From the NCBI GenBank assembly GCA_017935645.1, contig JAGBHF010000089.1:914-64913 (forward strand): a DNA stretch of 64,000 nt, read 5' to 3'. This document shows, one piece after another, positions 46,479 to 55,709 of this stretch. The notes beneath the pieces are model-generated. The model ran no database searches. It had not been told where the DNA came from and saw only the letters and a program-made list of their open reading frames with translations. A program made the translations under genes and the position numbers. The stretch comes from Bacteroidaceae bacterium. GTDB taxonomy: Bacteria; Bacteroidota; Bacteroidia; Bacteroidales; Barnesiellaceae_A. Position 1 is the first letter of the stretch; every line of letters begins with the position of its first letter.

Positions 46479-46564
46479 TATCATATTAGCAACACATTGA
46501 GCAAAAGAGATATAGGACACAGTATAGTGACCTGTATCTCTTTAGCCGATAATAACAACAAAAC

Positions 46565-47800
46565 ATGAGCAACCTAATCATAACCAATGCACGCATCATC
46601 ACACCCCTTGGTAACACTGCCGTAAAGGGTAAAAAGATGAATGACCTGCACATCATCGATTGTGGCACAGTAGAGGTTACTGATGGTATCATCACCTACG
46701 TAGGCGACAACCGTCCCAACATACCTGAAGGCTACGAAGTACTCGATGCACAAGGACAAGTACTGTTGCCCGGATTCGTTGACTCACATACCCACTTGGT
46801 ATTTGGCGGTTTCCGTCCCGAGGAGTTTATGTGGCGCATGCGTGGCGATAGCTACATGAGCATCATGGAGCGTGGTGGCGGTATTGTCAACTCAATGAAA
46901 GCTACTCGCGAAGCAACTCACGAAGAGTTGTTGCAAAAGGCTTATAAATTCATTGAGGTAATGAGTCGCATGGGTGTTACTACAGTCGAAGGCAAGAGTG
47001 GCTATGGCCTTGACCGCGATGCCGAGATTAAGCAACTCGAAGTTATGCGCGACATCAATGCCAATCCCGACCGCAAAGTCGACATTGCAACTACATTCTT
47101 GGGTGCACATGCTCTCCCTCCCGAATACAAAGGACGTCACGAGGAGTTCATTGACTTTATCATCGATGAGATGTTACCTCTCGTCAAAGAGCGCAATCTG
47201 GCCGAAAACTGCGACATCTTCTGCGAAAAGGGTGTATTCACCGTCGAGCAGTCACGTCGTCTACTCTCGGCTGCCAAAGAGATGGGATTCGGTGTAAAAA
47301 TCCATGCCGACGAAATCGTAACCTTCGGTGGCTCAGAACTTGCCGGCGAGTTGAAAGCACTCAGTGCCGATCACCTCTTGCACGCATCGGACGAAGGTAT
47401 ACGCGCTATGAGCGAGAACAATGTTGTAGCCACACTATTGCCCCTCACTGCATTTACCTTGCGTGAACCTTATGCACGTGGACGCGAAATGATCGACCGC
47501 GACTGCGCTGTAGCTCTTGCAACCGACCTCAATCCCGGCAGCTGTTGTTCGGGTAGTATCCCCTTGACATTTGCATTGGCATGCATCTACATGCACCTCA
47601 CTGTCGAAGAAGCCATCACAGCCATGACACTCAATGGCGCTGCTGCCATTGGACGTGCCGACAAGATAGGTTCGATAGAGGTAGGCAAACAAGGCGACCT
47701 CGTATTACTTGACACCGACACACACTACACATTGCCCTACTACACAGCAATGAACTCGGTAAAATATACTATCAAAGCAGGTAAAATACTCACATATTAA
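46565..47800 (+). CDS. hutI: Imidazolonepropionase
   Basis: 'PGFVDSHTHLVFGG', 'KIHADE', 'SADHL', 'ATDLNPGS'. Confidence 0.9.
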   Translation: MSNLIITNARIITPLGNTAVKGKKMNDLHIIDCGTVEVTDGIITYVGDNRPNIPEGYEVLDAQGQVLLPGFVDSHTHLVFGGFRPEEFMWRMRGDSYMSIMERGGGIVNSMKATREATHEELLQKAYKFIEVMSRMGVTTVEGKSGYGLDRDAEIKQLEVMRDINANPDRKVDIATTFLGAHALPPEYKGRHEEFIDFIIDEMLPLVKERNLAENCDIFCEKGVFTVEQSRRLLSAAKEMGFGVKIHADEIVTFGGSELAGELKALSADHLLHASDEGIRAMSENNVVATLLPLTAFTLREPYARGREMIDRDCAVALATDLNPGSCCSGSIPLTFALACIYMHLTVEEAITAMTLNGAAAIGRADKIGSIEVGKQGDLVLLDTDTHYTLPYYTAMNSVKYTIKAGKILTY

Positions 47801-47817
47801 ATAAAACACTCACAGTT

Positions 47818-48453
47818 ATGAAACTTGTAGACCTTAATGTTACAGCATTCTTAGAAAAAACAGCAAGTAACGAACCCGTACCCGGTGGTGGTAGCATCTC
47901 GGCTCTCAACGCTGCTATCGCAACTGCATTGGGTACAATGGTTACAAACCTCACCATAGGTCGTAAAAAATATGCCGACAAAGACGCCGAAATGACTGCA
48001 GCAGCAGAGAAACTCAACGCTATGCGCACTCGTTTTGTTGAGCTCATCGACCTCGATTCAGAGGCTTATGACCAAGTTTTTGCCGCCTTCAAACTTCCCA
48101 AAGAGACTGACGAAGAAAAAGCACACCGTGCCGCCGTTATCGAAGAGGCTACCAAGCACGCTGCCGAAATTCCTATGGAAGTAGCTCGCACTGCCGTTGA
48201 AGCCATGCCTACTATTATATATATAGGTGAGAATGGCAACACCAACGCTATTACCGACAGTTGTGTTGCTATCATGTGCTGCCGTGCTGCTGTTCGCGGC
48301 GCTATCCTCAATGTTCGCATCAACCTCAGTGGCTTGAAGGATGAAGCTTATGTTGAGAAGATGAAAGCTGCTTGCGAAGAACTTGAGGCTATGGCACTTG
48401 TTCACGAAAACGAACTTATTACTTACGCTCAAGAAAATCACGGATTATGCTAA
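47818..48453 (+). CDS. Formiminotetrahydrofolate cyclodeaminase (FTCD C-terminal-type)
   Basis: 'PVPGGGSISALNAAIATALGTMV', 'NVRINL' blocks. Confidence 0.85.
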   Translation: MKLVDLNVTAFLEKTASNEPVPGGGSISALNAAIATALGTMVTNLTIGRKKYADKDAEMTAAAEKLNAMRTRFVELIDLDSEAYDQVFAAFKLPKETDEEKAHRAAVIEEATKHAAEIPMEVARTAVEAMPTIIYIGENGNTNAITDSCVAIMCCRAAVRGAILNVRINLSGLKDEAYVEKMKAACEELEAMALVHENELITYAQENHGLC

Positions 48454-49943
48454 AGACTTATTATATAGGTTCGGGTGAACTCACATTCGACCTTATCGAA
48501 GAAATTCTCGAAAGCAAAGCTCGTCTCGAACTCTCGCCCGAGGCTATTGCCAAAATCGAAAAGTGTCGCAACTATCTCGACCGCAAGACCGAGACATCGG
48601 AAGTACCCTTGTACGGTATCACAACAGGCTTCGGCTCGTTGTGCAACCGCAACATCTCGCCCAACGAGCTCACCACACTGCAAGAAAACCTCGTTAAGAG
48701 CCACGCTTGTAGTGTAGGTACCGAGTTGAACCCCGAGATTGTACGCCTCATGCTCCTCTTGAAGGCTCACGCCCTCTCGATGGGTCATAGCGGTGTGCAA
48801 GTTGTTACTGTACAACGCGTACTCGACCTCTACAACAACGACATCCTCCCCATCGTTTACGACCGCGGTTCGCTGGGTGCATCGGGCGACCTTGCTCCTC
48901 TTGCCAACCTCTTCTTGCCCCTCATTGGCGAAGGTGATGTAAACTATAAGGGTGTGCGCCGTCCTGCTGCCGAGGTATTGAAAGAAGTAGGTCTTGAGCC
49001 CGTTAAGTTGCAAAGCAAAGAGGGTCTTGCACTCTTGAATGGTACTCAATTCATGAGCTCAAACGGTGTATATGCTATCATCCGCGCCCGCCACATCATG
49101 AAAGGCGCCGACATGATTGGTGCTATCTCATTGGAGGCATTCGATGGTCGCATCGAGCCCTTCTACGACAACATTCACCAAGTACGTCCTCACAAAGGCC
49201 AAATTGAGACAGGCGAGGCCTTCCGTCGCCTTCTTGCAGGTAGCGAACTTATCGCCAAGCCCAAGAAACACGTACAAGACCCCTACTCATTCCGTTGCAT
49301 ACCCCAAGTACACGGTGCTATCAAGGATGCCATCCGCTACGTTAGCGGCGTGTTGTTGACCGAGATTAACTCTGTTACCGACAACCCCACAATCTTCCCC
49401 GACGAGGATTGCATCATCTCTGGTGGTAACTTCCACGGTGAGCCTCTCGCCCTTGTATTCGACTACCTCGCAGTAGCACTTGCCGAGCTTGGTAATATCT
49501 CGGAGCGTCGTGTTGCTCAACTTATCATGGGCTTCCGCGGCTTGCCCGAATTCCTCGTTGCCGAGCCGGGCTTGAACTCAGGATTCATGATTCCTCAATA
49601 CGCTGCCGCTGCTATGGTTAGCCAAAACAAGATGTATTGCTTCTCGGCTGCCAGCGACTCAATCGTATCGAGCAACGGTCAAGAGGACCACGTATCAATG
49701 GGTGCAAATGCCGCTACCAAGTTGCACAAGATTCTCGACAACCTCGAGAACATCCTCGCCATCGAGTTGATGAACGGTGCACAAGGTCTCGACTTCCGTC
49801 GTCCCGAAAAGACATCGCCCATCCTCGAAGAGTTCATGGCCGCTTACCGCGCCGAAGTACCCTTCGTGAAAGACGATATTATCATGTACAAGATGATTCA
49901 AAAAACTGCCGACTTCCTCGGTCGTTATAAATTTGAGTATTAA
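48447..49943 (+). CDS. hutH: Histidine ammonia-lyase
   Basis: 'GSLGASGDLAPLA' MIO-forming Ala-Ser-Gly, 'YGITTGFG', 'QEDHVSMG'. Overlaps the upstream gene by 7 nt. Confidence 0.95.
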   Translation: MLKTYYIGSGELTFDLIEEILESKARLELSPEAIAKIEKCRNYLDRKTETSEVPLYGITTGFGSLCNRNISPNELTTLQENLVKSHACSVGTELNPEIVRLMLLLKAHALSMGHSGVQVVTVQRVLDLYNNDILPIVYDRGSLGASGDLAPLANLFLPLIGEGDVNYKGVRRPAAEVLKEVGLEPVKLQSKEGLALLNGTQFMSSNGVYAIIRARHIMKGADMIGAISLEAFDGRIEPFYDNIHQVRPHKGQIETGEAFRRLLAGSELIAKPKKHVQDPYSFRCIPQVHGAIKDAIRYVSGVLLTEINSVTDNPTIFPDEDCIISGGNFHGEPLALVFDYLAVALAELGNISERRVAQLIMGFRGLPEFLVAEPGLNSGFMIPQYAAAAMVSQNKMYCFSAASDSIVSSNGQEDHVSMGANAATKLHKILDNLENILAIELMNGAQGLDFRRPEKTSPILEEFMAAYRAEVPFVKDDIIMYKMIQKTADFLGRYKFEY

Positions 49944-49964
49944 TCTTTACATACGACCAACTAA

Positions 49965-49998
49965 CAAGGGGGTTGCGTTTTGTGGCGCAACCCCCTTG
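49965..49998. terminator. Terminator hairpin after the hut operon (convergent junction)
   Basis: CAAGGGGGTTGCG-TTTTGTGG-CGCAACCCCCTTG, a perfect 13-bp stem. Confidence 0.7.
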
Positions 49999-50041
49999 TC
50001 GTATATTGCGGGTAGGGATACCCGATACTACCTCACCGTCA

Positions 50042-50812
50042 TCAATCCATAAAGTCGGGCACTTTGGCGCGGAGGATGTTGTCGTCGTAGTCTTTGACAA
50101 AGTTACCCTCTACATCTATATAATAGAAGTCCTCGCCCGAGCCTACGATGGCCAATCCATTCTCAAAATTGCCAACATAGTCATACTGGATGGCTATGGC
50201 TACATCGCCTGTTGTATCGATAAAGCCACACTTGCCTTGCAGGCACACTGCCGCACGACCATCGGCAAACGAGCCGACAAAGTCGTATTCAAAGGGGATG
50301 ATTACTTGGTTGTTGCGATCGATAAAGCCATAGAGACCTGTTTCTTCGTCACGTGTAGCTGCCAAGCCTTCACAGAAACGACCCATTACCAAGTACTCGA
50401 CGGGAACAACCTCAACACCTTTGGTATCGACATAACCATATCGGCCTTCGATTGTAACCATAGCAATGCCATCGGCAAAAGGATGCACCACCTTGTCATA
50501 ACGATAGGGAGTGACCTCGCGACCTGTCTTGTCGACAATAGCATATTTGCCTTCGCGACACACTGCACCGAAACCATCTACAAAGTTCACTCCGGCGTCA
50601 TACTGCATGGGCAATACTTCGTTGCCATCGACATCGATGCAGCCCCACTTACCCTCGCGACACACCAAAGCTACTCCATCCGAGAAGTCCTTCGCGGCAT
50701 CGTATATAAGGGGTATCACCTCTTCGGTATCGCGGTTGATGTAACCAAACTTTCCGTCACGCTCTACGCAAGCGCGATCGTTGTTATATTTTCTTATATC
50801 GTCGTAGTTCAT
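50042..50812 (-). CDS. WG/KWG repeat-containing protein (no signal peptide seen)
   Basis: About seven repeats of 'DG.A.V...GK(W/Y/F)G(Y/F/C)ID..G.EVIP..YD'. Confidence 0.75.
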   Translation of the reverse strand: MNYDDIRKYNNDRACVERDGKFGYINRDTEEVIPLIYDAAKDFSDGVALVCREGKWGCIDVDGNEVLPMQYDAGVNFVDGFGAVCREGKYAIVDKTGREVTPYRYDKVVHPFADGIAMVTIEGRYGYVDTKGVEVVPVEYLVMGRFCEGLAATRDEETGLYGFIDRNNQVIIPFEYDFVGSFADGRAAVCLQGKCGFIDTTGDVAIAIQYDYVGNFENGLAIVGSGEDFYYIDVEGNFVKDYDDNILRAKVPDFMD

Positions 50813-50842
50813 ATATGATTAAAATTAAAGTTATCTATTATC

Positions 50843-51325
50843 TCATTTATCTTGTTCGGTCAAGCACTCCGAAAAAAAGAAGTCGCGTTGTGCTTTCTCT
50901 TGTGGGAAGCAAAAGAAAGTCAATTCGGCCTCGGTGCATACTTGGTTGTTATAGATAATCTCTACATAAATAAAGGCAAAGTTTCGTTTCATCTCACTGA
51001 TGCGACCACGCACCTCCAATCGCTCATTTACACCCGTTGCGATAGGATGTTTATACTTTACATTCATTCCTGTAGTCATACCTGATGTCTGTAATTTACG
51101 GGCTATAACCCAAGCCGATATTTCATCCATCAATGTGGCTTGAATACCTCCATGCAACGTTTTGAGCCATCCCTGATAGTTGTCATCGGGTGTCCAAAAG
51201 CACACTATATCATCGCCATCCTCATAGAACTCCATCTTGAGTCCACAAGGATTATTGGGAGCACAACCAAAGCAGTTGTAGCCTTTATCTACCAATCCCA
51301 ACCAAGGATTTTTCAATTTCTCCAC
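50843..51325 (-). CDS. PaaI-family hotdog thioesterase
   Basis: 'LHGGIQATLMDEISAW' motif. 160 aa. Confidence 0.7.
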   Translation of the reverse strand: MEKLKNPWLGLVDKGYNCFGCAPNNPCGLKMEFYEDGDDIVCFWTPDDNYQGWLKTLHGGIQATLMDEISAWVIARKLQTSGMTTGMNVKYKHPIATGVNERLEVRGRISEMKRNFAFIYVEIIYNNQVCTEAELTFFCFPQEKAQRDFFFSECLTEQDK

Positions 51326-51376
51326 GTTGCTCAGTCTTTTTATTTATCCTTGCAAAAATAGTGAATTACTCCCATA

Positions 51377-51412
51377 TAAAAGATGTGTATGAGCAAAAAC
51401 CCACACACATCC
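51377..51412 (-). terminator. Possible terminator after the GH2 gene
   Basis: Minus strand GATGTGT...ACACATC (7-bp stem) followed by TTTT. Weak. Confidence 0.35.
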
Positions 51413-51473
51413 TACTTAAAAAGAATTAATTTTATCGCACACACGACCGTAGAGTCATGCAGCGTGATGCCTT

Positions 51474-53282
51474 TTACTTATTGAGGCTGTTGCAAATGCG
51501 ACGATTTATCTCGCGGATGCGCTCCTCGTCCATCTTCACCACCTTGCGGTCGTAGGTCATAATACCATTAACCTCTACCTCCACGTCGGTAGTTTGGGTA
51601 TATATAGCCGCTGTAAATCCTCGTTTGATATAGTCGAGCAACATCTCGCCATATTTTATGTACTCGTTGGTAACAGCCTCTACCGAATTGTATTGGATAT
51701 ATCCCCAGTTGCGGTCGGGCTCCCAGATATGTTCCTCAACGACGTAACCTATTCCGCCATATTCACCCAAGACGTTGGCTCGCGTTGCATCAAAGAGATA
51801 CATCTCGGGGGCAGGATAGTTGTGCAAGTCAAGCACATCGCCACAAGCAAAAAAGTTGCCACCACTGGCCGAATTGACCAAGCGTGAGGGGTCATAATTC
51901 TGTGTCCACTCGGTTATCTCGACAGTCTTGAATTGTCCCCATGCCTCATTGAAAGGAACCCACACAGCTATAGCGGGATATGAGTAGAGATAATCCATAA
52001 TCTCGCGCCACTCTTTGCGGAAGTTGGCTTCCGATGCAGCCGAACGTTCATTCTCAGCACCTACAAAGTATTGACGGTTTTGCCAAGGGAAACAGTTGTC
52101 ACCACTGGGCATATCCTGCCATACAATCATGCCCACACGGTCGCAATGAGCGTACCACACAGCAGGCTCTACCTTTACGTGCTTGCGTATCATGTTGAAA
52201 CCCCACTCTTTGGTCTTATCTATATCATATATAAGAGCCTCATACGAGGGTGCTGTGTAAAGTCCGTCGGGCCACCACCCTTGGTCGAGAGTACCGAACT
52301 GGAATAAATCTTTATTGTTGAGTTGCATTCGCACTATACCATCGGCATCACGACGTGTCGAGAACTTACGCATGGCAGCATAGCTGTCGACCTTGTCGAG
52401 TACCTTGCCATTGCGCGATATTGTCACTTGCAGGTCGTACAAGAAAGGCTCATCGGGACTCCACAACTTCACGTCCTCGGGCATACGCACCTCTACAGCC
52501 GAATTGTTGACGCTACTACCTTGCGCAACCAACCTATCATTATCATACACCTTAACTTCGGCTACGATATCGGGACAATCGACCGACTTGCATACATCTA
52601 CGGTCAACACATTGGTATCGATATCGGGTAGTGTGCGCAAGTTGGCTATATAGGTTTCGGCAACAGGCTCAAGCCACACAGTTTGCCAAATACCACTTAC
52701 CGGTGTGTACCATATACCGCCTGGATTGCTCACTTGCTTACCACGAGGTTGAAAACCTTTATCGGTAGTATCTACAACACGTACTTCGAGGTTGTTCTCG
52801 CCCTTGCGCAATGCAGCTGTGATATCGAACGAAAAGGGTGTATAACCACCTGTATGTCGGCCTACTTTTACGCCATTTACCCACACATCGGCTTGCCAAT
52901 CGACAGCACCAAAGTGCAACAACACGCGACGCGAACGCCACGAAGCGGGTACAGTAAACGTGCGTTGATACCACAATGCATCGTTTTCGCCGAGTCGACG
53001 CTCGACACCCGACAATTGTGATTCGATGGCAAAAGGCACCAAGATTTCGCCTTCATACTGCGTAGGCGTGGCGCCCTGCAATGAAGTTACTGCATAGTTC
53101 CATTGACCATTAAGATTAATCCACTCACTACGCTCCATAATAGGACGAGGATAGACATCCCACACATGCTCTTTGTCGAGATTTTCGCCCCACGTAGTCA
53201 TGATACGCGAAGACTCCTGAGCCATAGCTCCCATGCTAAGCGACAAGCCCATCACAAGGCACAACAACTGTTTGATATTCAT
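51474..53282 (-). CDS. Glycoside hydrolase family 2 protein
   Basis: Preferred start MNIKQLLCLVMGLSLSMGAMAQ (53282). The track N-terminal extension runs into the repeat element. GH2 sugar-binding, Ig-like and TIM-barrel pattern ('WYQRTF', 'GGYTPFSFDIT', 'NMIRKH', 'VPFNEAWGQ'). Confidence 0.75.
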   Translation of the reverse strand: MNIKQLLCLVMGLSLSMGAMAQESSRIMTTWGENLDKEHVWDVYPRPIMERSEWINLNGQWNYAVTSLQGATPTQYEGEILVPFAIESQLSGVERRLGENDALWYQRTFTVPASWRSRRVLLHFGAVDWQADVWVNGVKVGRHTGGYTPFSFDITAALRKGENNLEVRVVDTTDKGFQPRGKQVSNPGGIWYTPVSGIWQTVWLEPVAETYIANLRTLPDIDTNVLTVDVCKSVDCPDIVAEVKVYDNDRLVAQGSSVNNSAVEVRMPEDVKLWSPDEPFLYDLQVTISRNGKVLDKVDSYAAMRKFSTRRDADGIVRMQLNNKDLFQFGTLDQGWWPDGLYTAPSYEALIYDIDKTKEWGFNMIRKHVKVEPAVWYAHCDRVGMIVWQDMPSGDNCFPWQNRQYFVGAENERSAASEANFRKEWREIMDYLYSYPAIAVWVPFNEAWGQFKTVEITEWTQNYDPSRLVNSASGGNFFACGDVLDLHNYPAPEMYLFDATRANVLGEYGGIGYVVEEHIWEPDRNWGYIQYNSVEAVTNEYIKYGEMLLDYIKRGFTAAIYTQTTDVEVEVNGIMTYDRKVVKMDEERIREINRRICNSLNK

Positions 53283-53308
53283 ATAAGTGCTATTTATTAT
53301 TATCTTAT

Positions 53309-53443
53309 GCAAAGATAGCGATAAGCGAGAGGAGAACAAAATAAGTTTACTTATTTTTTATCCCAAGCGTAACTATCTTGGACGACAACCAAAATAGTGA
53401 CAAACGAGCGAGAAACATAAAGTTTACTTAAGTTTTTATCCTG
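53309..53443 (-). repeat. Tandem pair (80-bp period) of the intergenic repeat family
   Basis: 53309-53365 gcaaagatagcgataagcgagaggagaacaaaataagtttacttattttttatccc; 53390-53443 caaaatagtgacaaacgagcgagaaacataaagtttacttaagtttttatcctg. Confidence 0.75.
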
Positions 53444-53457
53444 TAGCCTATAATAAT

Positions 53458-53495
53458 AAGCAAGTGCATCAAACTTACGTCTGACACACTTGCTT
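53458..53495 (-). terminator. Hairpin downstream of the peroxidase gene
   Basis: AAGCAAGTG...CACTTGCTT, a 9-bp perfect stem, followed on the minus strand by ATTATTAT. The T-tract is poor. Confidence 0.45.
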
Positions 53496-53517
53496 GTTGA
53501 TATTGTTTATACACTCC

Positions 53518-54900
53518 TTATTGAGGTTGTACGTTGTCGTTTGTGAGTGTTTTACCTTCAAATTCGCCGGTGAGGGTGTTGAGGAAGGCTACAATAAGAT
53601 CCTCTTCGGGGTCGGTGAGTTCTACACCCGATTGGTATGTACCCATCTTACATACAGCCTCTTTGAGCGATATCTGGCTACCATCGTGATAGTATGGCCA
53701 TGTGAGTGCAATGTTGCGCAATCCGGGTACTTTGAAGCGGTGACGGTCGCGCTCGTCTTGTGTCTCTTTGTAGCGACCATTATCCTCTACGGTAAGTTCC
53801 CAACCACGGTCGACAAAGTAGGGCTTATACATACCCATCAACTCGTACGACTCACCACCGAGGTTGACACCTACGTGACAAGTGGCACAGTTGTATTTCT
53901 TGAACAACTCATAACCATCCTCCTCGGCATCGGTAATAGCATCGTCATTGCCACGGAGATATTGGTCGAAACGCGAATTGGGAGTGATAAGTGTCATCTC
54001 GAATTGCTCGATAGCGTCGGTAATAGAGGCTTGCGACCAACCCTCGGGATATACCTCGGCAAACGCACGAGTAAGTTCCTTATCGGCAGCGAGCTTGGCA
54101 ATAATCTCGTCGAACGATGTTGAAGCCATCTCGATAGGATTTAGAGGAGGACCTGCAGCTTGATCGGCCAATGTAGCAGCACGACCATCCCAGAATTGCA
54201 CAAAGTTGTAAACGGCATTATATACAGTAGGTGCATTGACACCGCCCAATTGAGCTTGTACACCCTCCGAGTATTGTTTGTTGTCGACACCGGCGGTATT
54301 GAGGCCGTGACAGCTTGCGCACGATACGGTATTGTCGACCGAAAGACGTGCATCATGATAGAGTATACGACCCAACTTGGCCTTGCGAGCGTCGGCATTA
54401 TGGGTGAGAGGTATGGGGCGAATAGGTTCACCGGCACGGTCGTCGGTAAGACCATCGGCATAATATTGTGTGCGATAGTCACGTGCCCAATCCTCTACGA
54501 TGTCGGCCTTCTCATCGGTAATCTGGCTACCCCAATGCAATGCATAGTATTTCATAGGGGGCATTGTACCATCTTCAGCCACTTTCTCAACCTTGGCTAT
54601 ATCGACAGGTTTGAGGGGTTGATCGGCCAAAAGAGCATCCATAAAGGGTTGCATGTCGAACATGCGATAGCCCTCGGCAACGTCGGTCTTTACCATGTCG
54701 CCAACAACAGGCACATTGGCATAGAAGGGCAATGTAGCATTGGCACTGTGGCAAGTCAAGCAGTCGCCTTTAATAAAGATAGAAGCGACTTTTGCTCTAT
54801 CGGAATAGTCAATTCCCGAAGGAGCTTTCACACTGATGCGATAGATGAAAAATAACGCAACTACAAGCACCAATGCTCCGATAATTAATTTCTTTTTCAT
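53518..54900 (-). CDS. Membrane-anchored tri-heme cytochrome c peroxidase (YhjA/quinol-peroxidase-like)
   Basis: N-terminal TM. Three CxxCH motifs (CLTCH, CASCH, CATCH). CCP/MauG-type blocks 'DGRAATL.DQA..P' and 'FKVPGLRN'. Confidence 0.8.
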   Translation of the reverse strand: MKKKLIIGALVLVVALFFIYRISVKAPSGIDYSDRAKVASIFIKGDCLTCHSANATLPFYANVPVVGDMVKTDVAEGYRMFDMQPFMDALLADQPLKPVDIAKVEKVAEDGTMPPMKYYALHWGSQITDEKADIVEDWARDYRTQYYADGLTDDRAGEPIRPIPLTHNADARKAKLGRILYHDARLSVDNTVSCASCHGLNTAGVDNKQYSEGVQAQLGGVNAPTVYNAVYNFVQFWDGRAATLADQAAGPPLNPIEMASTSFDEIIAKLAADKELTRAFAEVYPEGWSQASITDAIEQFEMTLITPNSRFDQYLRGNDDAITDAEEDGYELFKKYNCATCHVGVNLGGESYELMGMYKPYFVDRGWELTVEDNGRYKETQDERDRHRFKVPGLRNIALTWPYYHDGSQISLKEAVCKMGTYQSGVELTDPEEDLIVAFLNTLTGEFEGKTLTNDNVQPQ

Positions 54901-54929
54901 AGTCGTGTGTATTTGATGTGTTAAACGTA

Positions 54930-55709
54930 TTATCTGTTATAAATATGTATACTATCGGTTGCTGAGGGTAGGTAATTTACTCCATACCAACACATCTGCA
55001 ATGCCAAGAAAGCGATTATCAGTATAGCTCCACTGAGTCGGCGGTCGGTTTTGCCCATCATGCGCAAGTGCACCGACAACATATAGAGCATCCATGTTGC
55101 AGCCGCCCACGACTCCTTGGCATCCCAGCTCCAATATTCACCCCAAGCCTCTTTGGCCCACAATGCTCCGGTTAACATTCCTATGGTAAAAAATGCAACT
55201 CCGGCATAAAGAAGGCGGTCGATGGCCGGGTAGATATTATCATTGGTAAAGAATTGATATATAGCCAATAGCGTAGCACATCCGAGCAACGCATACGAGA
55301 ACATATACACGGCAACGTGCGGTATAAACCATACACTCTGTAGGGCGGGCATGAGTGTGTGGTCGTGTATCTCGGGACGTGCTATGTTGATAATCATAAA
55401 CACCGTAGCCATAAGTGTAGAGAAACTCAACACCCAACGATAACGCCAACGAGCATAAGTGATAGCTCCGGCTACGAGCATGAAGAAGGAGTACCACAAT
55501 CGCGTCTCGCCCATCGTACGCATAGGCGGACGACCCAGCGTCACACCCAACATTACGATAAAACCACCCAAGACAAGTATAGCTATCAGCGTAAGCCACG
55601 TAGCGACAGTACTATACTCTTTGCGATAGAGAGCAATAGCAGCACCGGCCACGGCAAGCACTATTGTGAGCACTGCCACCCAAGTAAATATGTTCCATCC
55701 TATTATCAT
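54930..55709 (-). CDS. ccsA: Cytochrome c biogenesis protein CcsA (system II heme lyase subunit)
   Basis: Trp-rich 'WAKEAWGEYWSWDAKESWA' WWD motif. Polytopic membrane protein. Confidence 0.85.
   Translation of the reverse strand: MIIGWNIFTWVAVLTIVLAVAGAAIALYRKEYSTVATWLTLIAILVLGGFIVMLGVTLGRPPMRTMGETRLWYSFFMLVAGAITYARWRYRWVLSFSTLMATVFMIINIARPEIHDHTLMPALQSVWFIPHVAVYMFSYALLGCATLLAIYQFFTNDNIYPAIDRLLYAGVAFFTIGMLTGALWAKEAWGEYWSWDAKESWAAATWMLYMLSVHLRMMGKTDRRLSGAILIIAFLALQMCWYGVNYLPSATDSIHIYNR

Noticed and set aside
53283-53339. N-terminal extensions in the track ORFs (53283-53339 GH2; 14372-14443 TolC-family; 5376-5423 large cargo; 7566-7610 nuclease).
   Set aside because: In each case an internal Met begins a typical signal peptide, while the extension is not signal-like and overlaps a repeat, a hairpin, a promoter box or the upstream gene.
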